Shown: one piece after another, positions 34,181 through 43,920 of the stretch
Numbering within the stretch: position 1 is the stretch's first letter
Layout: every line of letters starts with the position of its first letter
NCBI GenBank assembly: GCA_035566435.1
Contig: DATMRF010000117.1
Location: 127,052-191,051 of the forward strand
Direction: 5' to 3'
From: Candidatus Acidiferrum sp.
Lineage (GTDB): Bacteria; Verrucomicrobiota; Verrucomicrobiia; Limisphaerales; UBA8199
Length of the DNA stretch: 64,000 bases
Position numbers and translations under genes: made by a program
Notes under the pieces: model-generated
What the model saw: the letters and a program-made list of their open reading frames with translations, nothing else
Database searches by the model: none
Told to the model about the DNA's origin: nothing

Positions 34181-35317
34181 TCACAGCTTGAAAAATATCT
34201 TGTGGCGATAAAGAAACCAAAGGAGCAACCATTCGACTCCAACGAACCCGAGGGGTAGAACCAATGGCTGGAATACCCCGGCGTGGTCGATTACCCCTTG
34301 CAGGAGCAGTTTGGCGATTCGGTCGAAATTCACGATACCAGATAACAGGTAGATGGTGATCGCGTTCATGCCGATCACCACGAAGAAAAAAGCCCACCGC
34401 CGATATCCTTTCACATCGATCACCCAATAAAACAGCGCCACCAGCAACAGGCTCCAGCCACAGGCATAGGTGACATAGGAACTGCTCCAGACGACCCGCT
34501 TGATCATGGGAAACGAAAAACTCCAGAGATACGCGAGGATCACGCTGGCAAGACCAAGGAGGGCGAGGCCGACCGCCTTCTGGTCGCCGGAGCGATTTGA
34601 GCGCAACCAATGCCCCGCCAACGACCCCCACAAAATGATGCAGATCCCGGAGGGGGTCGAAGTCGGACCTTCGTTCCAGAGATCTCCGGAAATGAAGTGC
34701 CGGTCGATGAAAGATGCCAGACTGCCTTGTTCAGTGAAGACACCGGCCCCGTAGCCAGGCACCGGGATGAGGAGGGAGGCCAGCCAATAGCAAACCAGAT
34801 ATCCGCCCACAATCCCGGCCCTCGTGCGCCAAGTGGTGTGCAGGACCACCAGTGCCGCGAAGAAGTAGCAAAGACCAATGTGCGCCAACACCCCTCCGAG
34901 GAAGGGAGGGCGCGTGAAGGTGAGCAGCCCTCCGGGGATTGAGCCCAAAACGATTAAAAGCAGCGACCTCGCGAGGCAATGGAGATATAGCTTGCCTCGG
35001 CCTTGGCTCCGTTCTTGTCGGCGGACCAGGGAAAAGGGCAAAACAACTCCAATGATAAAAAGAAAGAGTGGATAAATCAGGTCTTCGAAATGAAAACCCT
35101 CCCAGTGAACATGCTTCAACTGCTCCCGCAAGGTGAGGGTGAACCGATTTGGCTGCACTTTGGCCAACGCGGCGAACACTTCGCCGCCGCCAACGATCCA
35201 AAACATATCGAATCCCCGTAGCGCATCAATGGACACCAGCCTGGCCGTGGAAGGAGTGGATGGCTTGGCTTCTACGGTTGAGGTCCCCTGCTCAGGCAGA
35301 TCCGGGGATGTGAGCAT
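34181..35317 (-). CDS. Membrane acyltransferase-like protein (HGSNAT/DUF5009/DUF1624-like)
   Basis: Table ORF. N-terminal RLVSIDALRGFDMFWIVGG is the hallmark R-x-x-S-x-D-x-x-RG of this family. It has about ten predicted TM helices. Confidence 0.6.
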   Translation of the reverse strand: MLTSPDLPEQGTSTVEAKPSTPSTARLVSIDALRGFDMFWIVGGGEVFAALAKVQPNRFTLTLREQLKHVHWEGFHFEDLIYPLFLFIIGVVLPFSLVRRQERSQGRGKLYLHCLARSLLLIVLGSIPGGLLTFTRPPFLGGVLAHIGLCYFFAALVVLHTTWRTRAGIVGGYLVCYWLASLLIPVPGYGAGVFTEQGSLASFIDRHFISGDLWNEGPTSTPSGICIILWGSLAGHWLRSNRSGDQKAVGLALLGLASVILAYLWSFSFPMIKRVVWSSSYVTYACGWSLLLVALFYWVIDVKGYRRWAFFFVVIGMNAITIYLLSGIVNFDRIAKLLLQGVIDHAGVFQPLVLPLGFVGVEWLLLWFLYRHKIFFKL

Positions 35318-35423
35318 GCGTTGGACACTAAGGGTTGCTCAGTCCATTGCGCAAGCTCAAGATCCCAACGGCTTTCTGCTCATAGAGGGGTCACCCATTA
35401 GGGCGGGGTCAAGGGTGGCGGGG

Positions 35424-35561
35424 ATGAGATGGTTCCTGGGCACCTACACCAGCCGGTTTAACCGGCGGCACGAGGAATTTCGCCACCTGGTCAGCGGGCG
35501 GTATAGAGCCCTGGTAGTGGATGGCACCGGCAGCGGCTACCTGAAAACCGTCTGCTATTAA
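35424..35561 (+). pseudogene. Remnant of an IS200/IS605-superfamily Y1 (COG1943/RAYT-like) transposase: a central segment only
   Basis: It is the tail of table ORF 35133..35561. MRWFLGTYTSRFNRRHEEFRHLVSGRYRALVVDGTGSGYLKTVCY* matches the conserved Y1 core ...Y.s.fNrr.g..GHLwqgRf.s.lv.......l.ryI. The upstream HUH part is absent, and the upstream ORF portion overlaps the HGSNAT-like gene. Confidence 0.4.
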
Positions 35562-35951
35562 TCAGCGCACAACAAACGTAGTGCCGGGGCATTTGTTTGT
35601 CGATAAGGAGGCATGGCAAAAATCAAAAAATTCGGCCATTAGTGCCCTCGACGCCAAAGGGCTGCCTCGGATATTAGCGACTATAAAGGCATGTCTAGGG
35701 CGGAGCGCCCTGGCCCGTTCGGTTCGGCCTTAAGCACCGGCGAAGCATCGAACCCCGGCAGTTTCGCCTTCACCGAGGTCATGAACGCATCTACGGAGCC
35801 GGTCTTAAATGAGACGGGTCATGAGACAGGTCAGACCCCGAGCATGAACCAGAACAGAGCAGCGGTGGCCCCCCTCTCCTGAGGGAGAGGGCCGGGGTGG
35901 GCGGACTTTAAACACCTACACCGGTTCATGGGAAGATGCCCAGCTTGCGGA

Positions 35952-38900
35952 TTACCTTTCGCCCGCCTTCTGCAGAGTTACGCCGTCCTTGCTTAGCGTG
36001 ATCTTTCGCGCGCCTGCAGGCACTTCGAAAATATTCGTCGTTCCGCCTGGCCAACGCACCCAAAGCCCGGTGAGCGGTTCGGGGGTGGCGAGCACCTGGG
36101 TGGCTGCATCTTGCGACCAGTAACCGCCTCCGGCGCTGATCTCGCGCACCGGGCCGCTGCGGCTGCCGAACCTGGCCCGGATCTGCGTGCCAGCACCGTC
36201 CGGGTTGCCCCGTGGCCCGGACACATGCACCCGGAGGCCAGGTTTGGCGGAGGTGTTGTGGAACAAGCGCGTCTCCGCGCCATTTTGGCCGACCGCAAGG
36301 TCGACTCGCCCGTCTTCATCAAAATCGCAAACAGCAGCCCCACGGCCTTCTCCGTAAACGGTCAGGCCGCTGACCTGGCCTGGGACAGTTTCAAAATGAC
36401 CGTGTCCATCGCCACGGAGCAGCACCCCTCGACCGGCGTCACAACGCACCGCTTGCGGCTGAACACCAAAAAAGTTTTGAGCCAGGAACAAGTCTTCATT
36501 GCCGTCGCCGTCGAAATCCGCAACGCAGATTCCGAACGCCGGCGAGAGCTGCGCTTCCCGAGGCAGAACCACGGGCTCAAATTTTCCCCGGTGATTCAGG
36601 AAAACGGTCGAGGCCAGCCACGGCGCAGCCAGTTTTGAAGCTGAGCTGTATTGGTCACCGAGCACGTCCGCAACTGCGGCGTTATCGTACGCGGCATAGG
36701 TTTGAAATTTGGCGCTGACAAAAGGCAATCCCAGCTCCATTGCTGGTTTGGCGCGTATCGGAACGACTTTGCCGAGTTCCGAGTCGTACTCGGCTTCAAT
36801 GACATCGACCCCGTGGCTGCCGGTAAAGTCGCCCCAAAACACCAGCGGCACGCCCGGTCGGTCCTCCCCCTTGTAATCCGCAATCAATGCTGGCCGCTCG
36901 TAACCGTCGGGCCCGCCGTTCAGGCCCCAGTTCGAGGCCGCGATATCCAGCAAACCGTCTCCGTCGAAATCTCCGACGGTGACGCCGTGCCACCAACCGA
37001 CGTAGGAATCGAGTCCCAACTCTGCGGTGGCTTCACGGAGGCGGCCATGTTCGTTTAAGAACACGCGAATCGGTCCCCACTCGCAGGCCAAAACCAGGTC
37101 CGGCCAGCCATCTCCGTTTAAATCCGCGAAGATCGCTCCGCTAACCAGCCCGAGATTGGCCAGTTGCATCGTGTTTGTCAGATCCAACACGTACTGGCCA
37201 TTCTGGTTTTCGAACAGCAACGAAGTAGCCGGCGCCGGCCATTTGCCGGGAACGCACCTGCCGCCGACAAACAGATCGAGCCGCCCGGTCCCATGCACGT
37301 CCGCCAGCGCCAGCGGACCCGAACTGGATTCCTGCCCGGCAAAGGAGTCCGACACCGTCCCGGACTTTAGATCATAGATGCGCAGCATCGGGCCGGTAGA
37401 GTGGCCATCCTCGTAATTGCTTGACCCCACCAGGACCACCGGATTTTGGCCGTTGCCCGCAGCGCCCACGGCGCCAGTCTGGTCTCGGCCCACTCCCGCC
37501 GATACCGAGGGATTATCGACCGCGGTGAAACCACCATTGCCATCATTGCGAAACACCGCGATCCGGCCGCCCTTGCCGCTGCCAATGATCAAATCTTCGT
37601 GCCCGTCGCGATCGAAATCGAACCAGGAGATCCCGGGTCCAAGCTGGCTAAGTTTGCGCGGCAATAAAGGTTGCCGAACTAAATCATCAAAGGGGTCATC
37701 ATGATGAGAATGGTGCAGGCGCGAGCTGAGATCCTCAAACAGAGGTTTGGCTGGCGGTGCCTCGCTCGCTCCCGAACCGTGGAGCTGGGACGCGCTCTCG
37801 GCAATCTCGTACAAATAGTCCGGGCTTGGATTCTCCACGACGCTTTCGGTTCCTGAGCGCCAGTGCACTTTCAACTGCAGGTGAATGGCATTGGGCATCG
37901 GTGTCGAGTCAGGGTGAGACTGGGACCAACGGCTGCGCAGCGCCTGAGTCACGTCGGCGGCGAACACGCGCATCGGTTCATCGCTGCTGAGATAACGCCC
38001 GCCCGCGCACATTTCCTGGCTTTGAACGAATTTGACAGTGGCCGCGCTCGGTGGAGATTTTGGAGGGACGAGCTCCCGCGAGTCCCCTTCATTTTCCGTC
38101 TGATGACCCACCTCGGCAATGAGTTCAACCCTCGCTCCAATCCCGTGCGTGTTGGGAGAATTGCCTTTCAATCGGACCGCAATCCGCGGGGCGGAGCTGT
38201 TGTTCCGATAGATTCCGGCGACGCCGTTGAGGTTGTTGACCACCACGTCCAGGTCGCCGTCATTGTCCAGATCACCAAATGCCATGCCCTGAGTGACGCC
38301 AGGTTGGTTGAAACCCCAGGCAGCGGCCGCGTCTTCGAAGGTTAAATCACCTCGATTGCGAAACGCCTGCTTAGGCTGGGTCATTCGAGGATAAAGCAGC
38401 AGCTTCTGCGGCACTTTCTCGCGCGGCCACGGGCCCTTGGCGCGAATCCGCGCCTCGGCATCCAGGTCCTGGGTATCGAATTCATGACTGGTCGTACACA
38501 GCAGATCTTCGTAGCCGTCTAGGTCCACATCGAGAAAGGCGCCCAGCCACGTCCATTCCGTGGCCGGCAGCCCCGCGTACGGCGCGATATCGGCAAAGGT
38601 ATTATCCCCGCGATTCAATTGCAGCGCGTTGCGATCAAACTGCGGACGATCTTCGTAAACTCCCACCGCGGGGAGATACGGAGCTGTTTCTGCCAATTGC
38701 AGCAAGCGCCGCGAATGTCTGGGGCTGAGCATGTCGGCCACGAACAAATCAAAATGACCATCCCGGTTGATGTCGGCCACATCCACGCACATGGAAAACG
38801 ACGGTGTGTGGCGAAACATCAGCCCCGGCGCGGCGCGAAAATTTCCATGTCCGTCATTGAGCCAGATCCGATCTTCGGTCTGAAAATCGTTGCAGATATA

Positions 38901-39803
38901 TAGGTCAGGGTAGCCGTCACCGTTCAAATCGCGGCACACAACCGTCAGCCCCCAATCCAAGGGAGCTTTCGACAACGCCTGGCCATGCTCGTCTCGGAAC
39001 CGGCCGTCGGTCCACGAGACCGGGGTGAAGTGACCGTGGCCGTCATTGAGGTAAAGCACGTCCGGCTCGCCGAGTTCGAGCACGTGGCCGTCTGGCGTCA
39101 TTTCGAGCCGGTCACGGTCTTCTGGACGCACCATCATTTTCTCCCCCCTCTGGAGGATCAGGTAGCCGGTGGTCCGCACAGTTTCGGCACGGTAATTGGC
39201 CACGTACAAATCCAGGGCACCGTCACCATCGATATCCGCCAACGCCAGGGTCGTGGCGCCGTATTTGCGAAGCAGCCCGCTGTTCTTTGACTCAGTGAAA
39301 TGCCCCCTGCCGTCGTTGATGAAAAGCCGCGTGCCCGTTCCGATCCCGTTGACGAGCAGGTCCAGGTGTCCATCCCCGTCCACATCCACCAAGGCCGCGC
39401 CAGTTGAATATTGACCGTCGCAAGCGACGCCGGCTTGCTCGGTCACATCCTCGAAACGCCAGTTGCCGAGGTTGTGGTAAAGGACATTGTGGTTGTCCAA
39501 ACCGCAGAGATAGATGTCGCAAAGACCGTCGCCATCGACATCGCCCAGCGCCACACCCGCCCCATTGAGCCGAATCTGGTTTTCCGCCGCCCGCGCATCG
39601 CTCAGAACATTGGTGAAGTGAACGCCCGTTTCGCTCGGCGGCAGCAGAGTGAATCCGGGTTTGCCCCCGGACGGCACCGGCAATGCAGCGCGCCGGCCAT
39701 AAGGCTCGGCTTCCCATCGTAAATCCGCAGCCACGAGTGAAGCGGCGCCGAAGATCAGAGCCGAACAGAAAACGGAGCGCATCAGCCTAAGCGACATCAT
39801 CAA
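35952..39803 (-). CDS. CRTAC1-family protein (ASPIC/UnbV plus FG-GAP repeats), duplicated architecture (1283 aa), secreted
   Basis: Table ORF. Many DxDGDGxxD FG-GAP-like repeats (DVDGDGLCD, DVDGDGHLD, DIDGDGALD, DLDNDGDLD...). Two UnbV_ASPIC-like segments (...GIGARVELIA..., ...GAGTQIRARFGSRSGPVREISAGGGYWSQDA...). A TTG/ATG start cluster overlaps the upstream gene's stop. Confidence 0.7.
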   Translation of the reverse strand: MMMSLRLMRSVFCSALIFGAASLVAADLRWEAEPYGRRAALPVPSGGKPGFTLLPPSETGVHFTNVLSDARAAENQIRLNGAGVALGDVDGDGLCDIYLCGLDNHNVLYHNLGNWRFEDVTEQAGVACDGQYSTGAALVDVDGDGHLDLLVNGIGTGTRLFINDGRGHFTESKNSGLLRKYGATTLALADIDGDGALDLYVANYRAETVRTTGYLILQRGEKMMVRPEDRDRLEMTPDGHVLELGEPDVLYLNDGHGHFTPVSWTDGRFRDEHGQALSKAPLDWGLTVVCRDLNGDGYPDLYICNDFQTEDRIWLNDGHGNFRAAPGLMFRHTPSFSMCVDVADINRDGHFDLFVADMLSPRHSRRLLQLAETAPYLPAVGVYEDRPQFDRNALQLNRGDNTFADIAPYAGLPATEWTWLGAFLDVDLDGYEDLLCTTSHEFDTQDLDAEARIRAKGPWPREKVPQKLLLYPRMTQPKQAFRNRGDLTFEDAAAAWGFNQPGVTQGMAFGDLDNDGDLDVVVNNLNGVAGIYRNNSSAPRIAVRLKGNSPNTHGIGARVELIAEVGHQTENEGDSRELVPPKSPPSAATVKFVQSQEMCAGGRYLSSDEPMRVFAADVTQALRSRWSQSHPDSTPMPNAIHLQLKVHWRSGTESVVENPSPDYLYEIAESASQLHGSGASEAPPAKPLFEDLSSRLHHSHHDDPFDDLVRQPLLPRKLSQLGPGISWFDFDRDGHEDLIIGSGKGGRIAVFRNDGNGGFTAVDNPSVSAGVGRDQTGAVGAAGNGQNPVVLVGSSNYEDGHSTGPMLRIYDLKSGTVSDSFAGQESSSGPLALADVHGTGRLDLFVGGRCVPGKWPAPATSLLFENQNGQYVLDLTNTMQLANLGLVSGAIFADLNGDGWPDLVLACEWGPIRVFLNEHGRLREATAELGLDSYVGWWHGVTVGDFDGDGLLDIAASNWGLNGGPDGYERPALIADYKGEDRPGVPLVFWGDFTGSHGVDVIEAEYDSELGKVVPIRAKPAMELGLPFVSAKFQTYAAYDNAAVADVLGDQYSSASKLAAPWLASTVFLNHRGKFEPVVLPREAQLSPAFGICVADFDGDGNEDLFLAQNFFGVQPQAVRCDAGRGVLLRGDGHGHFETVPGQVSGLTVYGEGRGAAVCDFDEDGRVDLAVGQNGAETRLFHNTSAKPGLRVHVSGPRGNPDGAGTQIRARFGSRSGPVREISAGGGYWSQDAATQVLATPEPLTGLWVRWPGGTTNIFEVPAGARKITLSKDGVTLQKAGER

Positions 39804-42055
39804 TGGTGATGATGCGGTGGCACGCTGTTGGTATCAATGCGGAAGCTCTTGAGGTTCCAGGGAGTGGCCTGAGCCTGGTCTTCCCGGACTTTATAGAACC
39901 GATCCATCGTCAGGCCGGTAAGAATTTGAGTGCGGCCGGTCCGGGGCCAGAAAATTTCCACCTGAGCGATGGATTGCGCCTGGCCAAGGCCGATTTCCTG
40001 GCGTAACGGAGAGGCGCCGAAACTGCCGCCGGTTCCCACGGTTTTGTAGTAACTGCGTTCACCGGAGGCACTCCGGACCACGACGCGGATCCGAGCGCCG
40101 ATCGCCGCCCGATTTGATTGAACCCCTTCGAGCTTGAGCGTGACCCAATGATTGCTGGTGCCCGGATTCAAGTAGAGCACGTTGTGATAAACGTCGCCGC
40201 TGACCGCGCCACCCATGTTTTCGTAAATGTCCTGATTTCCGTCATTGTCGATGTCGCCGAACGACACGCCATGGCCCTTCTGTAGATTACCGAAACCCCC
40301 GGCGGTTGTGACGTCCTGAAACCTTTTGCCGGCGTCGTTACGGAACATCCGATTTGGCACAATCGTCGCCAGGTCCGGGTCACCGGTTCCGAGATAAAAA
40401 TCCAGATAACCGTCGTTGTCCAGGTCTCCAAAGTTGGAGCCCATGGCGTGCAAGACGTGGTAAAGCCCCATTTGTTGTGTTACGTCGGTGAACGTCCCAT
40501 CGTGATTGTTGTGGTAAAGGCGGGCCCGCTCGGCATTGGTCGGCAGCCCCAGGTAATCCGCGCAAATATCCCCAACATTATTGATGCGATAGCCGGAAAC
40601 AAAGAGGTCATCCCAACCGTCGTTATCGTAGTCAAAGAACCAGCAGGGAAAACTGTAGAGCGGCTCGGTCACCCCGGCCTGCCTGGCGACATCGGTGAAC
40701 TTCCAGATTGGCTTGCCCGCCGCGTTGGTGCCAGCGGGTCCGTCGTTGCGAAACAAAACATTGGGCGCGCCTAGAACTGAAAGGTACAGATCGGGCCGGC
40801 CGTCGTGGTTGAAATCCGCGCTGCAGACACCTTTGACAAACCCAATGAAGCCCACGCCGCACTCCAGGGCGCATTCGGTAAACGTGCCGTCATGGTTATT
40901 GTGGTAGAGCTCGCAACGATTGGTGCTTGGTCCAACCGATTCGTGGCCGACGAACAAATCGAGCCAGCCATCATTGTCGTAGTCGAACCACACCGCTGTC
41001 TGAGAAGGTTTGAGGGAAAGCAACCCTGCCGCCTCGGTTACATCCTCAAAGGTGCCGTCGCCGTTATTGCGCAATAAAGATTTCGGTAAGCGGCCTTCGT
41101 CCCGCAACCAGGCTCCGCGCAACACCAACACGTCGGGAAAGCCGTCGTTATTATAATCGGCCTGGATCAGGTTCAATCCGCCGACTTCTCCCAGCAGCCC
41201 TGCCTGTTCGGTTCGTTCGCTGAACGTGCCATCCCCGTTATTGTGATAGAGGCGAAGTTGATCCTGAAAGCCGATCGAGGAACACATTATGTCCAGATTC
41301 CCGTCCCCATCGAAGTCCTCCAAAATGCTGCCGCCCGATCGCTTCATCGGGTCCACTCCCAGCGCGCCCGCGACGTCTGGAAAGTGTTCGAGCGGGTATG
41401 CCGAAGCAAAGGCGCTGGGCGGGACCAACCATCTGGCCGGCACTTTGTCCGGGTATTCGCCCACCGTCATGCTGGCAATATTCAGTAGCCAGCGAGCGGA
41501 AAGGTCGTTCGTGTTTTGTTCAAGAACTTCCGTGAGGATTTGAATGGCGTGGCGTGAGCCCTCCTGGAATCGATGAATGCCCCGACCCTGGATCGGCGCC
41601 AGGCATGATTCGGGATTATGGTCCGCCAGGCAGTTGGTCATCTCGCCAATCCTCATCCAGCAGAGCGCTTCCTTGAGCTTTAACGTCGACCAGTTCCTTT
41701 TCGAACCTTCCGGGTTGTATGCTCTGAACCCGCTCTCGAAGCCTTCGAACTCCCGCAGCGCGTCCTCGTTCTGGCCGGAGTCCAATAACTCGCAGGCCAG
41801 GGAATATTGCAGATTCAAATGTTGAGCGGGATCCTTGGTTTCCGCCACCTTCGCTCGCAGCAGCTTGGCGCGCTCGGTATTCAGAAAAATATTGTTCACC
41901 GGGTTTGCCTGAGCTGCCAGTTTTTGCAGCCGCTCCGCCATGCCAATCGTGCCGGGCCCCCGCGGATCCCGCGCCGCCTCGGCCGAAAAGCCGTGGAACC
42001 CGCCAGCGAAGACCAAGGAAAGAAGGCACAGCAACGCTCGGCCGCGCAGCGCCAT
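39800..42055 (-). CDS. CRTAC1-family protein (TPR-like N-terminal region plus FG-GAP repeats plus ASPIC/UnbV), natural C-terminal His4
   Basis: Table ORF 39800..42160, trimmed to the Met giving a signal-peptide-like MALRGRALLCLLSLVFAGG. Repeats DFDGDGNLD, DYNNDGFPD, DYDNDGWLD, DLDNDGYLD, DIDNDGNQD. UnbV-like ...AIGARIRVVV...SGERSYYKTVGTGGSF.... Ends ...PPHHHH*. Confidence 0.65.
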   Translation of the reverse strand: MALRGRALLCLLSLVFAGGFHGFSAEAARDPRGPGTIGMAERLQKLAAQANPVNNIFLNTERAKLLRAKVAETKDPAQHLNLQYSLACELLDSGQNEDALREFEGFESGFRAYNPEGSKRNWSTLKLKEALCWMRIGEMTNCLADHNPESCLAPIQGRGIHRFQEGSRHAIQILTEVLEQNTNDLSARWLLNIASMTVGEYPDKVPARWLVPPSAFASAYPLEHFPDVAGALGVDPMKRSGGSILEDFDGDGNLDIMCSSIGFQDQLRLYHNNGDGTFSERTEQAGLLGEVGGLNLIQADYNNDGFPDVLVLRGAWLRDEGRLPKSLLRNNGDGTFEDVTEAAGLLSLKPSQTAVWFDYDNDGWLDLFVGHESVGPSTNRCELYHNNHDGTFTECALECGVGFIGFVKGVCSADFNHDGRPDLYLSVLGAPNVLFRNDGPAGTNAAGKPIWKFTDVARQAGVTEPLYSFPCWFFDYDNDGWDDLFVSGYRINNVGDICADYLGLPTNAERARLYHNNHDGTFTDVTQQMGLYHVLHAMGSNFGDLDNDGYLDFYLGTGDPDLATIVPNRMFRNDAGKRFQDVTTAGGFGNLQKGHGVSFGDIDNDGNQDIYENMGGAVSGDVYHNVLYLNPGTSNHWVTLKLEGVQSNRAAIGARIRVVVRSASGERSYYKTVGTGGSFGASPLRQEIGLGQAQSIAQVEIFWPRTGRTQILTGLTMDRFYKVREDQAQATPWNLKSFRIDTNSVPPHHHH

Positions 42056-42140
42056 CGCGGAACTTGGTCTGAATCCGAGTAAAATTCGGCAGAAAAACTT
42101 TCTCACATGATCGGGTTTCGAGTGAACCGTACCTCGAATC

Positions 42141-42177
42141 ATCCAACCTGCAACCTGCAACTTTCAACCTGCAACAG
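42141..42177. repeat. CAACCTGCAAC tandem repeats (reverse orientation of the 3631-3665 family)
   Basis: atccaacctgcaacctgcaactttcaacctgcaac. Confidence 0.6.
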
Positions 42178-42236
42178 ACATAACGCGTTCGTTCAAAGCT
42201 TGCCTCAACGTCGGCGCTAATAGGGGTCGGTGATAA

Positions 42237-42638
42237 CTATTGACATTTTTCATCTTCTTTGCGCTTTTGCACCAAGCAGTTTGACACGTGCTTCCATGCG
42301 CCCATGTTAAGCCGACGGGCGATCCATTTCAATGTCATCGTGGTGCGGGCGCGCAACTGGCAAGCGATCTCGACCTTCTCCGGGTCGCCTTTGCGCCGGC
42401 AGTTGAGCTCCGCTTCCGCCCAGCCTCGCCGGCGTAATTCCTCCTTTACGACGCGCTCGGCATGTAACAGGTCGGCGTCGCGCAACTCGGGTCCATAGGG
42501 GTCGGCGCGGCGCTCGTGCATCTGCGCCAACAGTTCCTCTTTGAACGCCTTGTCTCCCGGAAACCAGCCTCGTTCCACGGCTTTCCAGTCAGCCGGGAAA
42601 CGGGTCGAACCGTAGATTGGAACTGGAGTCGTGCGCAT
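42237..42638 (-). pseudogene. C-terminal fragment of a long Y1 (RAYT-like) transposase with a DnaA-C-like HTH tail
   Basis: Table ORF of 133 aa. ...RRKGDPEKVEIACQLRARTTMTLKWIARRLNMGAWKHVSNCL matches the remembered C-terminal extension of Planctomycetes/Verrucomicrobia COG1943 transposase-like proteins. No in-frame N-terminal HUH domain lies upstream; the adjacent frames are junk. Confidence 0.4.
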
Positions 42639-42940
42639 GGCGCCGTTTCCATTGCGGGTTTCTCACGGGGATGCACCCAATGATATGCATCCCCAAGCTC
42701 GCCGTCCGCTACCAGCCCAGGAAGGCAGTTTTTGCGACCCTTCGTGCCCTTTTGTGGCTAAACATTTTCTCCCCGCCGTCCAACCCCGCCCCTCGCCCCT
42801 CGACTCTCGACCATTCCTGACTATTCCACGCAGGATACTTTGGGATGCTTTTGCGACACTTTTGGGACGCTTTGAAAATGCAAAAACCTGGGTAAATAGG
42901 CCCTTGGGACGCCGGGACGCTTCGTTTACCCCCTCGCCGC

Positions 42941-43920
42941 ACGCGAAAGAATCACGACCGCCCGGCAACCCTGTCACCCTCAAGGCCAAAGGTTGCCACA
43001 AACCTTACCGGCGACCGGCTCGCTTCTTGCCAACCCTTGCCCGCGACTCGAGACTTGAGACCTGTCACCGTTTGTCACCGTTTGTCACCGCTGGAAACGC
43101 ACAGATCCATCGGTAAACACGGGCTTGTCACCGTGTCACCGCTGTTTTACCCCCCTTCAGCACACATTACTTTTTACACCCTCCCTCCGCGTACCTGGGT
43201 CGGCCGGCCCGGTATCCGCCACTCACAGTCAGTATCACCTAACCTTCAGGGATCAGCCCTTGCCAACCCTCATGGATCATCCTTGTCAACCTCAAGGATC
43301 AGCCTTTGGCAACCCCTGAAACGCGCAATCACTCGGTAAATACGGCGGGTGGAAACGTTTCCACCCATGGATCACCCCTGGATCACCCCCTGGCGCGAAA
43401 GAAAGAATCACGACTGCCCAGCGACCCTGTCACCCTACAACACCAAAGAAAGCTCACCGGCGACCCGCTCAATCCGTGTAATCCGTGTAATCCGTGGTCC
43501 AAACCTCCTTTGTCACACTGTCACACCCTGTCACGCGCAGCCGGCTATTCTCCACCTTCCCTCCCTCCCTTTCCGCGTGTTCCGTGTATTCCGCGGTTCA
43601 TTGACGCTCCTGTCACGGGTTTGTCGCGGCTTTGTCCCGGATTTGTCCCGGATTTGTCACGGCTCAAAAACCGCTAAAATTTCCCAGCAAATACCGCGTT
43701 GTCACGGTGTCACGGGTCAAAACCACCCCCCTGCGCGCACAACACCATCGCCGTCCCCAGAGCCTCACCCTTCCGCCATTCCCGGCTGGCGTCTTCCCCG
43801 GTCCAGCGACACTCCTGTCACACCTTGTCACGGTTCAAAGCGTGACAGGGTGAGCCTTGTCACGCTTTCAAAAGTGAAAATCCCTCGTCAAACACGGCCT
43901 TGTCACGGTGTCACGCTTTG
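42941..43920. repeat. Array of about 20 same-strand TGTCAC hexamers (often as 8-10 bp spaced doublets) plus an ~80-bp direct repeat (42941-43020 vs 43392-43475), 10-12-bp tandem duplications and palindromes; ORF-free
   Basis: Read directly; see the finding at 42640-44810. The 190-aa ORF 43349..43921 is a repeat translation (CHGVT recurring) and is not called. Confidence 0.8.

Noticed and set aside
42054-42064. One-base discrepancy between my hand reading near 42060 (ggaaactt) and the frame implied by the ORF table for 39800..42160
   Set aside because: Most likely my own transcription slip in a homopolymer. I kept the table coordinates and did not call a frameshift or pseudogene.
43349-43368. 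Palindrome GGGTGGAAACGTTTCCACCC as a parS site
   Set aside because: It resembles parS (TGTTTCACGTGAAACA) only in base composition. The half-sites are GAAAC/GTTTC, not TTTCAC/GTGAAA, so I report it as an unassigned palindrome inside the repeat region.
42941-43920. Possible CRISPR array
   Set aside because: The repeats are 6-17 bp and irregularly spaced, with no constant ~28-37-bp repeat alternating with unique spacers and no cas genes in the window.
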